Shown one piece after another: positions 1-9,551 of a DNA stretch of 64,000 bases. This stretch comes from an uncultured Alphaproteobacteria bacterium (GTDB taxonomy: Bacteria; Pseudomonadota; Alphaproteobacteria; Rhizobiales; Xanthobacteraceae): the NCBI GenBank assembly GCA_963821175.1, contig CAWGCU010000030.1, forward strand, positions 549 through 64,548, given 5' to 3'. The stretch's first letter is position 1, and each line of letters opens with the position of its first letter. Under the pieces are notes generated by a model, which did no database searches, was not told the DNA's origin, and saw nothing but the letters and a program-made list of their open reading frames with translations. Position numbers and translations under genes: made by a program.

Positions 1-759
1 GCCGGTCGCGCATATGGGCGTCGAAGCCGGCTGAGATAATGACCAGCTCCGGCCGGAACTCGCGCAGCCGCGGCAGGATTTTGATCTTCGAAGGCTGAGC
101 GGAACGCTTCGCCGCCGTCGCCGGGGCGCAGCGGCGCGTTGACCACGGTGTTGTGCGTTACCGGGACTCTATGACCGCGCCAGAGCCGGGAAACAGCGGC
201 ATCTGGTGGGTCGAGCAATACATCACCGATTTGTCGGCCCAGAAAATCTCCTGCGAGCCGTTGCCGTGATGCACGTCGAAATCGACGATCGTGGCACGGG
301 CGATGCCGCGATGCTTTCGCGCGTAACGCGCGGCGATGGCGGCGTTGTCGAACAGGCAAAAGCCCATCGGCCGCGCGGTCTCGGCGTGGTGGCCGGGCGG
401 TCGCGTGGCGACGAAGGCGTTGGTCGTCCTCTTGGCCAGCACCTCGTCGACCGCGAGGACGGCACCGCCGGCCGCGCGCAAGGCCGCTTCGAATGTGCCG
501 GGCGACATCGAAGTATCGGCCGAGCCGCACCATGCCTTCCTTGGGCGAGGCTTCGCGGCAGCTCGACGATGTAGTCCATCGGATGGCACAGCGCGATGGT
601 TTCGATGGCCGCCATCGGCGCCTGCTCGCGGGCAAGCGGCTGGAACTTTTCCGCTTCCAGCGCCTGCTCGATGGCACGCAGCCGGTCGGGCCGCTCGGGG
701 TGGCCGGCCGGAGTGAGATGTTCGAGGAAGGCGGGGTGGCTGATCAGGAGTGTGGACAT
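1..759 (-). pseudogene. histone deacetylase-family amidohydrolase (AcuC/HDAC-like), frameshifted as sequenced, 3' end runs off the window
   Basis: N-terminus MSTLLISHPAFLEHLTPAGHPERPDRL lies in ORF 223..759. The catalytic core RPPGHHAE...DFDVHHGNGSQ continues in a second frame (ORF 158..802). KILPRLREFRPELVIISAGFDAH is readable by hand in 1..157 after further frame changes. Confidence 0.75.
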
Positions 760-814
760 CGGACAAATGTAGGGTGGGTTGAGCGTCAGCGAAACCCATC
801 ATCTTTTGGCTCGC

Positions 815-2583
815 TTACGCCAGCGCCGCGTCGGCACCGAGCAGCCCGGGCGCGCCTTCGACGACGGGGCGTTCGAGCCCGCCGGCTTGAACGGCAAAAT
901 TCTCGGCAAAAAACCGCGCCAGCGCCAGGCGGTGCTGGGCCGTTTCGCCGAGCCTGATCGCGGCGAGCGCCTGTTGCGCCAGGTACAGCTGCTGGTGGTG
1001 ATGCCGAACAGCCGCAGATAGGCTGGCGCCGGCCAGTGCCGCATCGGCATCCTTGCCGTTTTGGCCTTGGAACCATTGCGTCGCGCGGGTGAGGCTGTCG
1101 AGCGCTTCACCGAGCCGCGTTGACGTCCAGCCGAATGCCGGATCGTTGCTGGCGCTACGGCATCGACGATGCCACGCAAATCCTTGAGATGCGCCGAGAC
1201 GGCGTCGCCGCCGCCGAGCGGTAGCTTGCGCGTCACTAGGTCGATGGCCTGTATGCCGTTGGTACCTTCATAGATCGCGGCAATCCGCGCATCGCGAAAC
1301 AGCTGCGCCGCGCCGGTCTCTTCGACAAAGCCCATGCCGCCGTGCACCTGGATGCTGAGCGAGGTGACCTCGTTGGCGATGTCGGTGGAGAACGCCTTGG
1401 CGACCGGCGTGAGCAGCGACAGGCGGTCATGGGCGGCTTTTCGCGCGGCCTCATCGGCCGAGCGTTGGAAGTTTATCGAGCGCCATCGCGGTCGAATAGC
1501 AAATGGCGCGCGCGGCGCCGGTGAGCGCGCGCATGGTGAGCAGCATGCGCTTGACGTCGGGATAGGCGATCAGGGCTGCGGATTCCGTCGCCTTCATGCC
1601 AGGCGTGCGGCCGCTCGCGCTCGCGGGCATAAGCCAGCGCCTGCTGGGTGGCCGCCTCGGCGATGCCGACGCCTTGCACGCCGATCGCCAGCCGTGCGCG
1701 GTTCATCATGGTGAACATGCATGCCATGCCGGCATTCTCTTCGCCGATCAGGAAGCCTACGGCGCCGCCTTCGTCGCCGAGAATCATGGTGCAGGTTGGC
1801 GAACCGTGGATGCCGAGCTTGTGCTCGACCGAATGGGCGCGCACGTCATTGCGCTGGCCCGGCGAGGCGTCGGCATTGGGCAAGAATTTCGGCACCAGGA
1901 ACAGCGAAGTGCCCCGCGTGCCGGGCGGCGCGTCGGGCAGGCGCGCCAGCACGAAGTGGATGATGTTTTCGGTGAGGTCGTGCTCGCCATAGGTGATGAA
2001 GATTTTCTGGCCTTTGATGCGGATAGCTGCCGTCGGCGGCGCGTTCGGCGCGGGTGCGCAACGCGCCGACGTCGGAGCCGGCCTGCGGCTCGGTGAGCTG
2101 CATGGTGCCGGTCCATTCGCCGGTCACCATTTTCTCCAGGTAGATGCGCTTGAGTTCGTCGCTGCCGTGGGCGTGTAGCGCGTCGATTGCCGCGATGGTC
2201 AACAGCGGGCCGACGGCAAACGCCATGGCTGCGGCATTCCACATTTCGATGCAGGCGATGTTGATCGACTGCGGCAACGCCTGGCCGCCCCATTCCACCG
2301 GCGCCGCCAGCCCGTTCCAGCCGCCGTCGCGCCAGGTTTTGTAGGCTTCCTTCCAGCCCGGCGCGGTGGTGACGACACCGTCCTTGAACGGCGTCCCGAA
2401 GGTGTCGCCGACCCGATTAAGCGGGGCGATGACTTCGCCAGCGAGGCGGCCGGCTTCGGCCAGCACCGCCTCGACCACGTCCATGGTGAGATCGCCGAAC
2501 AGCCCTTCGTCGAGTGCGGCTGAAAACGCGGCGCCGTGTTTGAGCGCGAAGCCGATGTCGGCGAGCGGAGCCCGATAGGTCAC
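815..2583 (-). pseudogene. long (about 590 aa) acyl-CoA dehydrogenase, multiple frameshifts as sequenced
   Basis: Family segments are spread over several frames: MTYRAPLADIGF...TEPQAGSDVGALRTRAE (ORF 1846..2583), LARLPDAPPGTRGTSLFLVPKF...GIHGSPTCTM (1473..1952) and VHGGMGFVEETGAAQLFRDARIAAIYEGTNGIQAIDLV (799..1347). Hand translation puts the stop TAA at 815..817. The GTG start overlaps the SDR stop (GTGA at 2580..2583). Confidence 0.8.
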
Positions 2584-3458
2584 CGGCGGTCTCCATAAGT
2601 TTCAACGGTTGCTACGCCTGGCGGCGGCGGGATGTCGTCCGGCAAAAAAAAGTCTTGCGCCAGAGGTTCTCCCGGGTCGACGCGATAGCGATCGAAGTCG
2701 GTAACGCCGCGTTCGGCGAGAAAATTGTCGTCGATGAGAAAGCGGCCGGTCAGTTCGCGCGACGGGCTTGTGAAAATGGCATGAGCCGCGTCCGCCATGA
2801 TGTCTGGCTTGCGGGCCTGACGCATCCGCGCCTCGCCGCCGAGCAGGTTTTTGATCGCGGCGGTGGCGATGATGGTGCGCGGCCATAGCGCGTTCACGGC
2901 GATGCCCTGGTTACGCAGCTCGCCGGCCAAGCCCAGCACGACCAGACTTATGCCGAACTTCGCCGTGCTGTAGGCGGTGTGCGGCGCGAACCATTTCTCC
3001 TTCATATCGAGCGGCGGCGAGATCATGAGGATGTGCGGATTGGCCGCCTTCGCCAGATGGGGGATAGCCCATTTCGAGACGACGAAGGTGCCGCGCGCGT
3101 TGATCTGGTGCATGAGGTCGAACCGCTTCATGTCGGTGTCGACGACCGGTGTGAGCTGGATGGCGCTGGCATTGTTGACGACGATATCGATGCCGCCGAA
3201 TTTTTGTGCCGTCCGGTCGAGCGCGTCTCGCACGACCGCTTCGTCGCGCACATCGACCACCAGCGGAAGTGCCTTGCCGCCGGTGCGTTCGATCTCGTCG
3301 GCCGCGGTATAGATCGTACCTTGCAGCTTCGGATGCGGCTCGGCGGTTTTCGCGGCGATGGCGATATTGGCGCCGTCGCGCGCGGCGCGTAGCGCGATCG
3401 CAAGCCCTATGCCGCGCGAGGCGCCGGTGATGAACAGGGTTTTGCCGGCAAGCGACAT
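2580..3458 (-). CDS. SDR-family oxidoreductase
   Basis: Intact 292-aa ORF with the Rossmann motif TGASRGIG, NNAS and the catalytic Y-x3-K (YSTAKFG). Confidence 0.9.
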   Translation of the reverse strand: MSLAGKTLFITGASRGIGLAIALRAARDGANIAIAAKTAEPHPKLQGTIYTAADEIERTGGKALPLVVDVRDEAVVRDALDRTAQKFGGIDIVVNNASAIQLTPVVDTDMKRFDLMHQINARGTFVVSKWAIPHLAKAANPHILMISPPLDMKEKWFAPHTAYSTAKFGISLVVLGLAGELRNQGIAVNALWPRTIIATAAIKNLLGGEARMRQARKPDIMADAAHAIFTSPSRELTGRFLIDDNFLAERGVTDFDRYRVDPGEPLAQDFFLPDDIPPPPGVATVETYGDRR

Positions 3459-3465
3459 CGCCGCC

Positions 3466-4217
3466 TCACTTCTTGCGCGCCAGGAACGCGGAAAACGCGG
3501 CGCGCGCTTCGTCCGACTGCAGACGGTCCTTGAAATGCATCACTTCGGTATCGATCTGCCGGACCACAGCGTCAAGATGGCCGCGTAAGAGCCGCCGCGA
3601 CACCGCGACGGCGCCGGCCGGAAGCGCCGCGATCTCCCGCGCCGCCTGCAACGCAACGGCATCGACCGCGGCGGCTTCGACCACCTTATTGACGATGCCG
3701 GCTTCCCGCGCCTGCTCGGCCGAAAGCGGGTGCCCCATCACCAGCATCTCGAAGGCGCGCGCATAGCCCATGCGCATCGGCGCCAACAGGCTCGACGCCG
3801 CTTCCGGGATCAGCGCCAGCTTCAGGAATGGCGTAGTGAAGGTGGCATCGGTCGCGGCGACGACGTGATCGCAGTGGAACAGCAGGGTGGTGCCGATGCC
3901 GACGGGGCAAGCCCGCCGACGGCCGCGACCAACGGCTTCTGGTTGCTGGCCAGCGCCTTGAGAAAGTCCAGCGTATGCGGCCGTAAGCCGCCGCTTTGCG
4001 CCGATTTGAGAAACTCGCCGATATCGGCGCCGGCGCAGAACGCGCCTTGGCCGCCGGCGAGCACGAGGCAGCGGATCGCCTCGTTCGCCTCCGCCTCGCG
4101 CATGGCGCGGGTCATCGCCGCATACATCGGCTGGGTCAGCGCGTTCTTCTTTTCCGGGCGATTCATCCGGATGACGCGAACGGCGCCGTCGTCGGTCACG
4201 ACGATGGAATCGGACAT
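3466..4217 (-). pseudogene. enoyl-CoA hydratase/isomerase family protein, one frameshift as sequenced
   Basis: MSDSIVVTDDGAVRVIRMNRPEKKNALT...FCAGADI lies in ORF 3822..4337, with the start taken at the internal Met at 4217. After a frame change near 3905 (in a C-run) it continues into ...MGYARAFEMLVMGHPLSAEQAREAGIVNKVV (ORF 3466..3786). Confidence 0.8.
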
Positions 4218-4406
4218 GGGGTCGTCCTCAATGCGCAATGCCGGCCGCTGAACGCGCCGGCGGCCAAGCCGGACATTATTACGGGACATTATTATATGGC
4301 GCTTGGCGGGCGAGGATAGCGTGTCGGGGCCGAACATTGCTTGGCGCAGGCCCCGTCGCTATGTTGCGGCGGCCGGCTTAAATGGCCGGCGCCAATCCGA
4401 CGGTAT

Positions 4407-4481
4407 TGGGGCGTAGCCAAGTGGTAAGGCAGCGGATTTTGATTTCGCCATCCCCTGGTTCGAATCCAGGCGCCCCAGCCA
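4407..4481 (+). tRNA. tRNA-Gln: tRNA-Gln (anticodon UUG)
   Basis: 75-nt cloverleaf folded by hand. It has a 7-bp acceptor stem TGGGGCG/CGCCCCA, a 5-bp anticodon stem GCGGA/TTCGC, the loop TT-TTG-AT, the T arm CCTGG-TTCGAAT-CCAGG, discriminator G and an encoded CCA. Confidence 0.9.
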
Positions 4482-4704
4482 GCCAGTCCCGTCTCCATGT
4501 CGAACTTCCATATGTCGAAAATGTTCGCGGTATTTCCGGACGTTAGGGCTTAAAAATCAGTCTCTGAGCGGCGAAAATTCTGCTGAGTGCGCCCTTGTTG
4601 GCGTTTTTTGGCGCGCTGTCTCCAGTGACGAATCCTCAATATCCGAAAGAAGTTCGCCGAGACACGGTTAGCATGTAGCGGAGACCGGTTCGGATGTCCG
4701 CTTT

Positions 4705-4935
4705 CGGACTGATTGTGTTGCAAAAGTCGAAAGTTGCAGGGCTTCGAATTTTTGCGAAAACTCCGAAACGGGAAGCGATCGCCGATTCGTATAACCTCAA
4801 TCGCGCTGCCGAAGTCGCCTATGAGTTTAACGTGCGGCGATGAGGCCCTCACATCTTTACGCGAAATACGCGCCAATAGCCCTTAGAATTTTTGAGCACC
4901 TGTGCAAAACGACTTTTGCAACACAATCGGACTGA
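4705..4935. repeat. MITE-like element bounded by inverted repeats related to the IS at 18765..20383
   Basis: A perfect 19-bp inverted repeat GATTGTGTTGCAAAAGTCG sits at 4711..4729 and 4910..4928 (reverse complement), with imperfect extension inward. There is no coding capacity between the arms. The arm resembles the IS terminal repeat GATTTTGTTGCAGAAGTAAG. Confidence 0.5.
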
Positions 4936-5409
4936 TAGCCGAGATGAATGGTTAGCCGCTGAATGTCCCAACGGCCCAAGTAACATCCGGTGCTGCCACA
5001 CGGCGAGCCCGAGATCGAACGCCACGCGGGAGATGAACCCGAGACCCGAGGATCGAAGGCTGGCCCCGGGTCTGCAATTGCGCAAACGGTTGCTTTGGCT
5101 TTCCCTCCGACTTATCCGCTTTCTCGAAAGTGGGGTCCAGATCTTCAGCTCTTGACACGGTTTGGTTCGGTTCCCAGCATTAAGAGCCTTGTTCCAATTC
5201 GGTTCGGCTTGATGTCGAAACCGATGCGATGGATCCGCGCAAGGTGCCGTGGCCTTATCTAACCTCGCTTAGTCACAACCGGCTTCCTAACGGCAGCGTG
5301 TGTTGGAAGACGATAGCGCGGCCAGTTGCACGTCGAGGCAACGTTTCCATGGGAATGCGTCAAGCCGGAGGGCGGCGCACGATCAGCGGTTTGATTAGAA
5401 GATGCCATT

Positions 5410-5640
5410 ATGCCGTTACCGGTGAACCGCCAATATGCACCGCCCCAGAGCTGGGAAGAATTTGAGAACCTATGCGCTGACCTGTACGAGCGTATCTGGA
5501 AGGATCCGGGTACCCAGAAGCATGGTCGCCAAGGTCAGCCTCAAGGCGGCGTCGACGTCTATGGACGACCTGATGGCAAGAACTATACGGGCGTGCAATG
5601 CAAAAACAAAAGCATTTGGCCGCCGACTAAACTAACAAAA
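5410..5640 (+). pseudogene. N-terminal fragment of a PD-(D/E)xK restriction-endonuclease-like (Mrr_cat-like) protein, truncated by IS debris
   Basis: The first ~77 codons of ORF 5410..6204 read WEEFENLCADLYERIW...GRQGQPQGGVDVYGR...YTGVQCKNK, the pattern of an Mrr-type nuclease core (D...QxK). Downstream, the frame runs into an IS21 fragment on the other strand and becomes low-complexity. Confidence 0.4.
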
Positions 5641-5893
5641 AAGGATGTCGACGAAGAGGTAAGGAACTCGGTTGCTTCCGATCAAATCACCTTCCGTACG
5701 ACCTTCCGTGAGACTTCTCAGCTCACGACAGATCGCCTTGATCGACTTGCCCTGTACAAAAAAAGCGCGGCGGATCTTCGCAATCGTCTCCACAATCAGC
5801 ATCCCAACCTCGGCTTCCATAATCATGGAAGCCAGTGTGGACCCTCAGCCCCGGGGTCCCGATTGGATGCCGATCACCCCGAAAACGGGGTCC
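5640..5893 (-). mobile_element. IS21-family fragment (element end plus first ~55 codons of istA, with frameshift and in-frame stop)
   Basis: ORF 5632..5826 contains MLIVETIAKIRRAFFVQGKSIKAICRELR, the typical IstA HTH N-terminus. Hand translation continues as VSRKVVRKVI-stop-SEATEF in another frame. No istA body or istB follows. Confidence 0.55.
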
Positions 5894-6130
5894 TTATTCC
5901 ACGCCGAAACACAGCACCGACGGATGATACGAAGGTCGCCCGGTCGCCTCGGGATCGACCCCGTCAAATCCCAGCTCGGCCAGGTCGAGTTCCTCGACAA
6001 ATGCGTCGATCACCCGGACCGGATTGTCCTCGCCGATCCAGTCTTCCAGGCACTCCCGAAATAACGTCGTCTGCCCGCGATCAACCCCCTCAACGAAGCG
6101 CCTCATTCGATCCTCCCGCATATCGCGCAA
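5894..6130 (-). mobile_element. IS1182/IS5-type transposase N-terminal fragment, cut off by the IS21 fragment
   Basis: ORF 5894..6130 reads MRRFVEGVDRGQTTLFRECLEDWIGEDNPVRVIDAFVEELDLAELGFDGVDPEATGRPSYHPSVL, the typical N-terminal (DUF772-type) region of this transposase class. The DDE region is absent. Confidence 0.6.
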
Positions 6131-6315
6131 GGAATACCGCGAGAATCAAAACAGGCGATGCGTTTTTACACAGGCTGGGTCAAGAACTGCCTCGACTACA
6201 ATGAGCCAGGCGCGGCCGCTATGCCTCCGCTAACGGACACCAAGACGCACGGCCGGTGCGTCCGCTAAGCGCCAGCAACGAACTCATGCAGCGCAGCAAA
6301 ACGTGTGCTGCGACG

Positions 6316-6915
6316 TTACCGGTTCATCCCGGGGCTTTCATAAAAGGACGTTCCCGCGTTCTCATCATTGACGATGCCTGGGAACCAATCGGCGCCAAGC
6401 CATTCGGATTCTGTCCACTGCGGGGGCACGACTGTTCCTGCTGATAACAAGAACCATGCGAGGAAAATGTACCATGTCGGGTTGCCGGTCAGGCCAGGGA
6501 TGGGCAGCGAAATCGGCATCGCCGCCAGTACTCCGAGCATGGCCAGACAGCCGGAGATAACAAACAGAGCGATATTTGGTGCGTGCAGTTTCATGGAAAC
6601 CTTATGGAGAGTCCGCACAGTTTGTATTTTGGCCTTAAAGGGCTCTTTTAATTCGTTCGCCCCATTTGACGAAAGTTCGAACGAGTCGTGCGGCCCCGGA
6701 ACCGGGGTTAGGGCGGTTTGTGTGATGATTGTCTTATCGTGGTCGGCTTGTAAGTGCCGCTCTAGTAATGCGGCTTGTGTCCAGGTCCCAGCAAGATTAA
6801 GCAGGCCGCGCCTTTCATCTTCGGTTTCGGCGCACGAGGCGGAAAAGATCGCCTCTTTGGCGTATAGCCAGAACTCGTCCGTTTTCGACATGGCACCCTC
6901 ACAGTGCACCGACAT
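6316..6915 (-). CDS. hypothetical protein with soluble N-terminal region and two predicted C-terminal TM helices
   Basis: Only ORF evidence. Hydrophobic stretches IALFVISGCLAMLGVLAAMPI and WYIFLAWFLLSAGTVV are present. It lies in a lower-GC patch and no family was recognised. Confidence 0.35.
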   Translation of the reverse strand: MSVHCEGAMSKTDEFWLYAKEAIFSASCAETEDERRGLLNLAGTWTQAALLERHLQADHDKTIITQTALTPVPGPHDSFELSSNGANELKEPFKAKIQTVRTLHKVSMKLHAPNIALFVISGCLAMLGVLAAMPISLPIPGLTGNPTWYIFLAWFLLSAGTVVPPQWTESEWLGADWFPGIVNDENAGTSFYESPGMNR

Positions 6916-7657
6916 ATCCCGGGGTTAGGCTGCCCCCTACGGGTTCTATGGCTACAACTTTCTGTGTAATTATTTGCTGGGTTATGCCCTCAAACTTAAG
7001 CTAACTGTGCCTATTTCTTCTTCGGCTGCGGTTGCTGCTGTTGCTGTGCGGGCTGCTGCGACGGTGTTTCCGGATATGGGACAAAGCGCCGTCCCATATC
7101 CGCCGCCTGATCGAATGCCTCGGAAGCTAATTGCGTCAGTTCGTCGGCATACGTTCGAGAAACCTGGACTGCTTGAGAAAGATCTTGTGATCGAGGTCGT
7201 CGGCCAGGAAGGAAATAAATTTCTGGGGCAACCAAACTATTATGGGCAATGGCGAGAGAACCGAAGAACCAATGATAGGAGAATTGACCGGCGAAAATAA
7301 CAAGACAGTCGTCATCGTCGACAAAGATGGTTATATCAATGGCCAACTCATCGGCAACGATACGCTTTCATTCTGCTACATGCAGGCCGGCGGGAAACCG
7401 AGTCCAGCGTTGTCAGTTGCACCGAGGTCAAACGAGCGCACTGAGCAGCCGTCCTATTGCCGCGTTGCACCGAAGTCTCGTTACAAACGGTCGTTCAGGG
7501 CCAATAGCGACATTTTGCACTGCGGAAGTACGGCAAGGCTTCTCGCTGTCTTCAAGGCCTGCCTATTCGTGGTCCAATTTTCCGGAGTGCGATGGACTAG
7601 GCGCAGGCGAATTCGCGCCATGGCTAGGCGACACAAACCAAATTGCCGGTTGGCGCC

Positions 7658-9352
7658 TCAGTGGTCGTAGTGCAATTGGACCTCGGCCTCGCCACCCGAT
7701 ACCTTGCAGGTGATCCGATCCGCGCTCCGGCGCAACAGGTAGCCGGCGAGCAACCGCTCGCCGTCCTCGCTTGCGACGATCTCCCGCGGGGTTGGCCTCC
7801 GCTCGGGAATCGCCAAAGGCGCGCCCTGGTATCGCACGCGGATGTCGAGGTTAAACTCGTCGAAGCTTGCTTCGACCTCGGTCCCTTCCGCAACGTCGCC
7901 GACGACTTCGAGCAGCTGCACGACGCCGAAAATGGCCCGGCCGATGATATCGCGCCGTGCCCCCCATCGCCCGCCCTGTTCGGTCAGAAACTGCTCGATC
8001 GTATCTCGATTGACGTGGCCGGCATCGAGCTTCATCGTCACGCACTGGCGGACGCCGATGCGCATGATCAGGTTCAGCAGCACGGCGCAAACCGTCCCAA
8101 GCACCAATGAGTTACCGAATATCGGTTGCAGCACGGCGGGCAGGTTAGCGAATACGTCGCGATAGACGTCCGCCATGACCGCCATCGCGAACGAGAACCC
8201 GATCACCAAGACTTTGCGAGCATCGAGCAGGCGGGTCGTAATCATCTGCAACCCGCTGGTGAATACGAAAGCCGACGTGAAAAACAATGATGCGCCCATC
8301 ACTGGCACCGGCATTGCCGCGAAACCGATCGACGCAATTGGAACTATTGAGAAAAGTACGAATGCGATGCCAGTGGCAAAGCCGACACTGCAACTCGTGA
8401 TGCCCATGGCGCTGGACAATCCGACCGAGGAACTGTTGCTGTTGAGGCCGGAGCTGCCCATCAACCCCGAGAGCAGGGTGGCCAAGCCGTTGGCGGCCAC
8501 GCCGCCGGTGAGCGAGCCGAAGTCGGGGCGTATCCAATCCTTGTCGTTGAGACGCTGAGCGTTCGAGACGTCGCCCATGGTTCGCAAGGTTGTGGCAAGA
8601 GCCGCGACCGCAAACGGCGCCAGCAAGGTGACGTCGAATCGCCAGCCAAAATTCGCGATATTGGGCAGGTGCAAAATCGCCAGCCCGCCTTCCGGAATCA
8701 CCCCCGATATGTCGAGCACGCCTGCAAATGCGCTGGCCGCATATCCCGCCACGACCCCGATCAAGACGCTGAACAATTTGGTGTAGCCCTTCGTCCAGAT
8801 GTTCAGGACGACCATGGTCGTAAGCGTAAATCCCGATATGACAAGGTAGACTGGCCGGACCTCATGCTGGCTTGTTACGCCGAGCATGAATTGCATCCCA
8901 TAAATGGCAAGCGACAGTCCGACGATGGCGATGACGAGACCAGCAATTTCCGTGGGCAGCAGAGCCCGCAATCTGTGCAGCGATGGCGCAATCGCACACT
9001 GCAGGATTCCGGCCACGGCGGTCATACCGAATGCCAGTGGCAGGCCCCCGAGATGAACGGCGAACAGCGCAGGACCTACATAAATCTGCGAAAAGCCGGC
9101 CGGGCAGAGATAGCCGCATCCAGCGAATCGCCAGCAGGCGCACAGCAGAATTGTCGATATCCCCATGGCCAGCATGGAAAGGGACACGAATTCGACAAGC
9201 TGGCCGAGCGGAAGCCCCGCCTCGCGCGCGATGATCAGCGGGAAAACCAGGGTAACGGAGTTTACGGCGACGTGCTGCAGCGCAGAGATCACCATGATGG
9301 TCCGCGGCGGGGTCTCGTCGACGGAGTAGAGTAGTCCGCTCGGGCGCGACAT
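7658..9352 (-). CDS. NCS2 (xanthine/uracil permease-like) transporter with a ~128-aa cytoplasmic C-terminal RsbW-like (degenerate GHKL) tail, copy A
   Basis: Intact 564-aa ORF with the NCS2-like start LLYSVDETPP...ALQHVAV and many TM segments. The C-terminal soluble tail VTMKLDAGHVNRDTIEQFLTEQGGRWG...FNLDIRVRYQGAPL...GERLLAGYLLRRSADRITCKVSGGEAEVQLHYDH aligns by eye with the RsbW-like gene at 11613..12069. Confidence 0.8.
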   Translation of the reverse strand: MSRPSGLLYSVDETPPRTIMVISALQHVAVNSVTLVFPLIIAREAGLPLGQLVEFVSLSMLAMGISTILLCACWRFAGCGYLCPAGFSQIYVGPALFAVHLGGLPLAFGMTAVAGILQCAIAPSLHRLRALLPTEIAGLVIAIVGLSLAIYGMQFMLGVTSQHEVRPVYLVISGFTLTTMVVLNIWTKGYTKLFSVLIGVVAGYAASAFAGVLDISGVIPEGGLAILHLPNIANFGWRFDVTLLAPFAVAALATTLRTMGDVSNAQRLNDKDWIRPDFGSLTGGVAANGLATLLSGLMGSSGLNSNSSSVGLSSAMGITSCSVGFATGIAFVLFSIVPIASIGFAAMPVPVMGASLFFTSAFVFTSGLQMITTRLLDARKVLVIGFSFAMAVMADVYRDVFANLPAVLQPIFGNSLVLGTVCAVLLNLIMRIGVRQCVTMKLDAGHVNRDTIEQFLTEQGGRWGARRDIIGRAIFGVVQLLEVVGDVAEGTEVEASFDEFNLDIRVRYQGAPLAIPERRPTPREIVASEDGERLLAGYLLRRSADRITCKVSGGEAEVQLHYDH

Positions 9353-9363
9353 TTGATGCGACC

Positions 9364-9546
9364 TCAGGTCGTCACAGGCTGGCCAGCGCGTCTTCGCGCG
9401 AACCGTGAACCGTGAACCGTACGTAAAGGCCTCAAGCGCGGACCGCCCATTTCGAATAACTCTCGTAACTGGCCCGCGACGCCGCGCAACACCACGCGAG
9501 CCGCGCTATAAGGGAAGGCCGATACTTCGCCGGGTGTCACCGACAT
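9364..9546 (-). pseudogene. 3' remnant of a STAS (anti-sigma-factor antagonist) gene
   Basis: The 60-codon ORF MSVTPGEVSAFPYSAARVVLRGVAGQLRELFEMGG... matches the C-terminal third of the intact STAS gene (...NAARMVLCGLAGQVRELFEMGGLLEAFTVHGSREDAL). Its tail is shifted by an extra GAACCGT unit (3 copies at 9399..9419 versus 2 at 11297..11310). Confidence 0.65.
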
Positions 9547-9551
9547 CGGCT

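Noticed and set aside
5410-6204. The 264-aa ORF taken as a complete protein.
   Set aside because: Only the first ~77 codons have a coherent nuclease-like pattern. The rest is antisense to IS21 and IS1182-type fragments and is Pro/Arg-rich.
6974-7670. Competing ORFs on both strands (6974..7300 +, 7242..7670 +, 7011..7346 - with a Q/P/K-rich tail, 7136..7324 -).
   Set aside because: No family motif, start context or frame consistency lets me choose among them. The region also contains repeat-derived sequence near 7480-7520.
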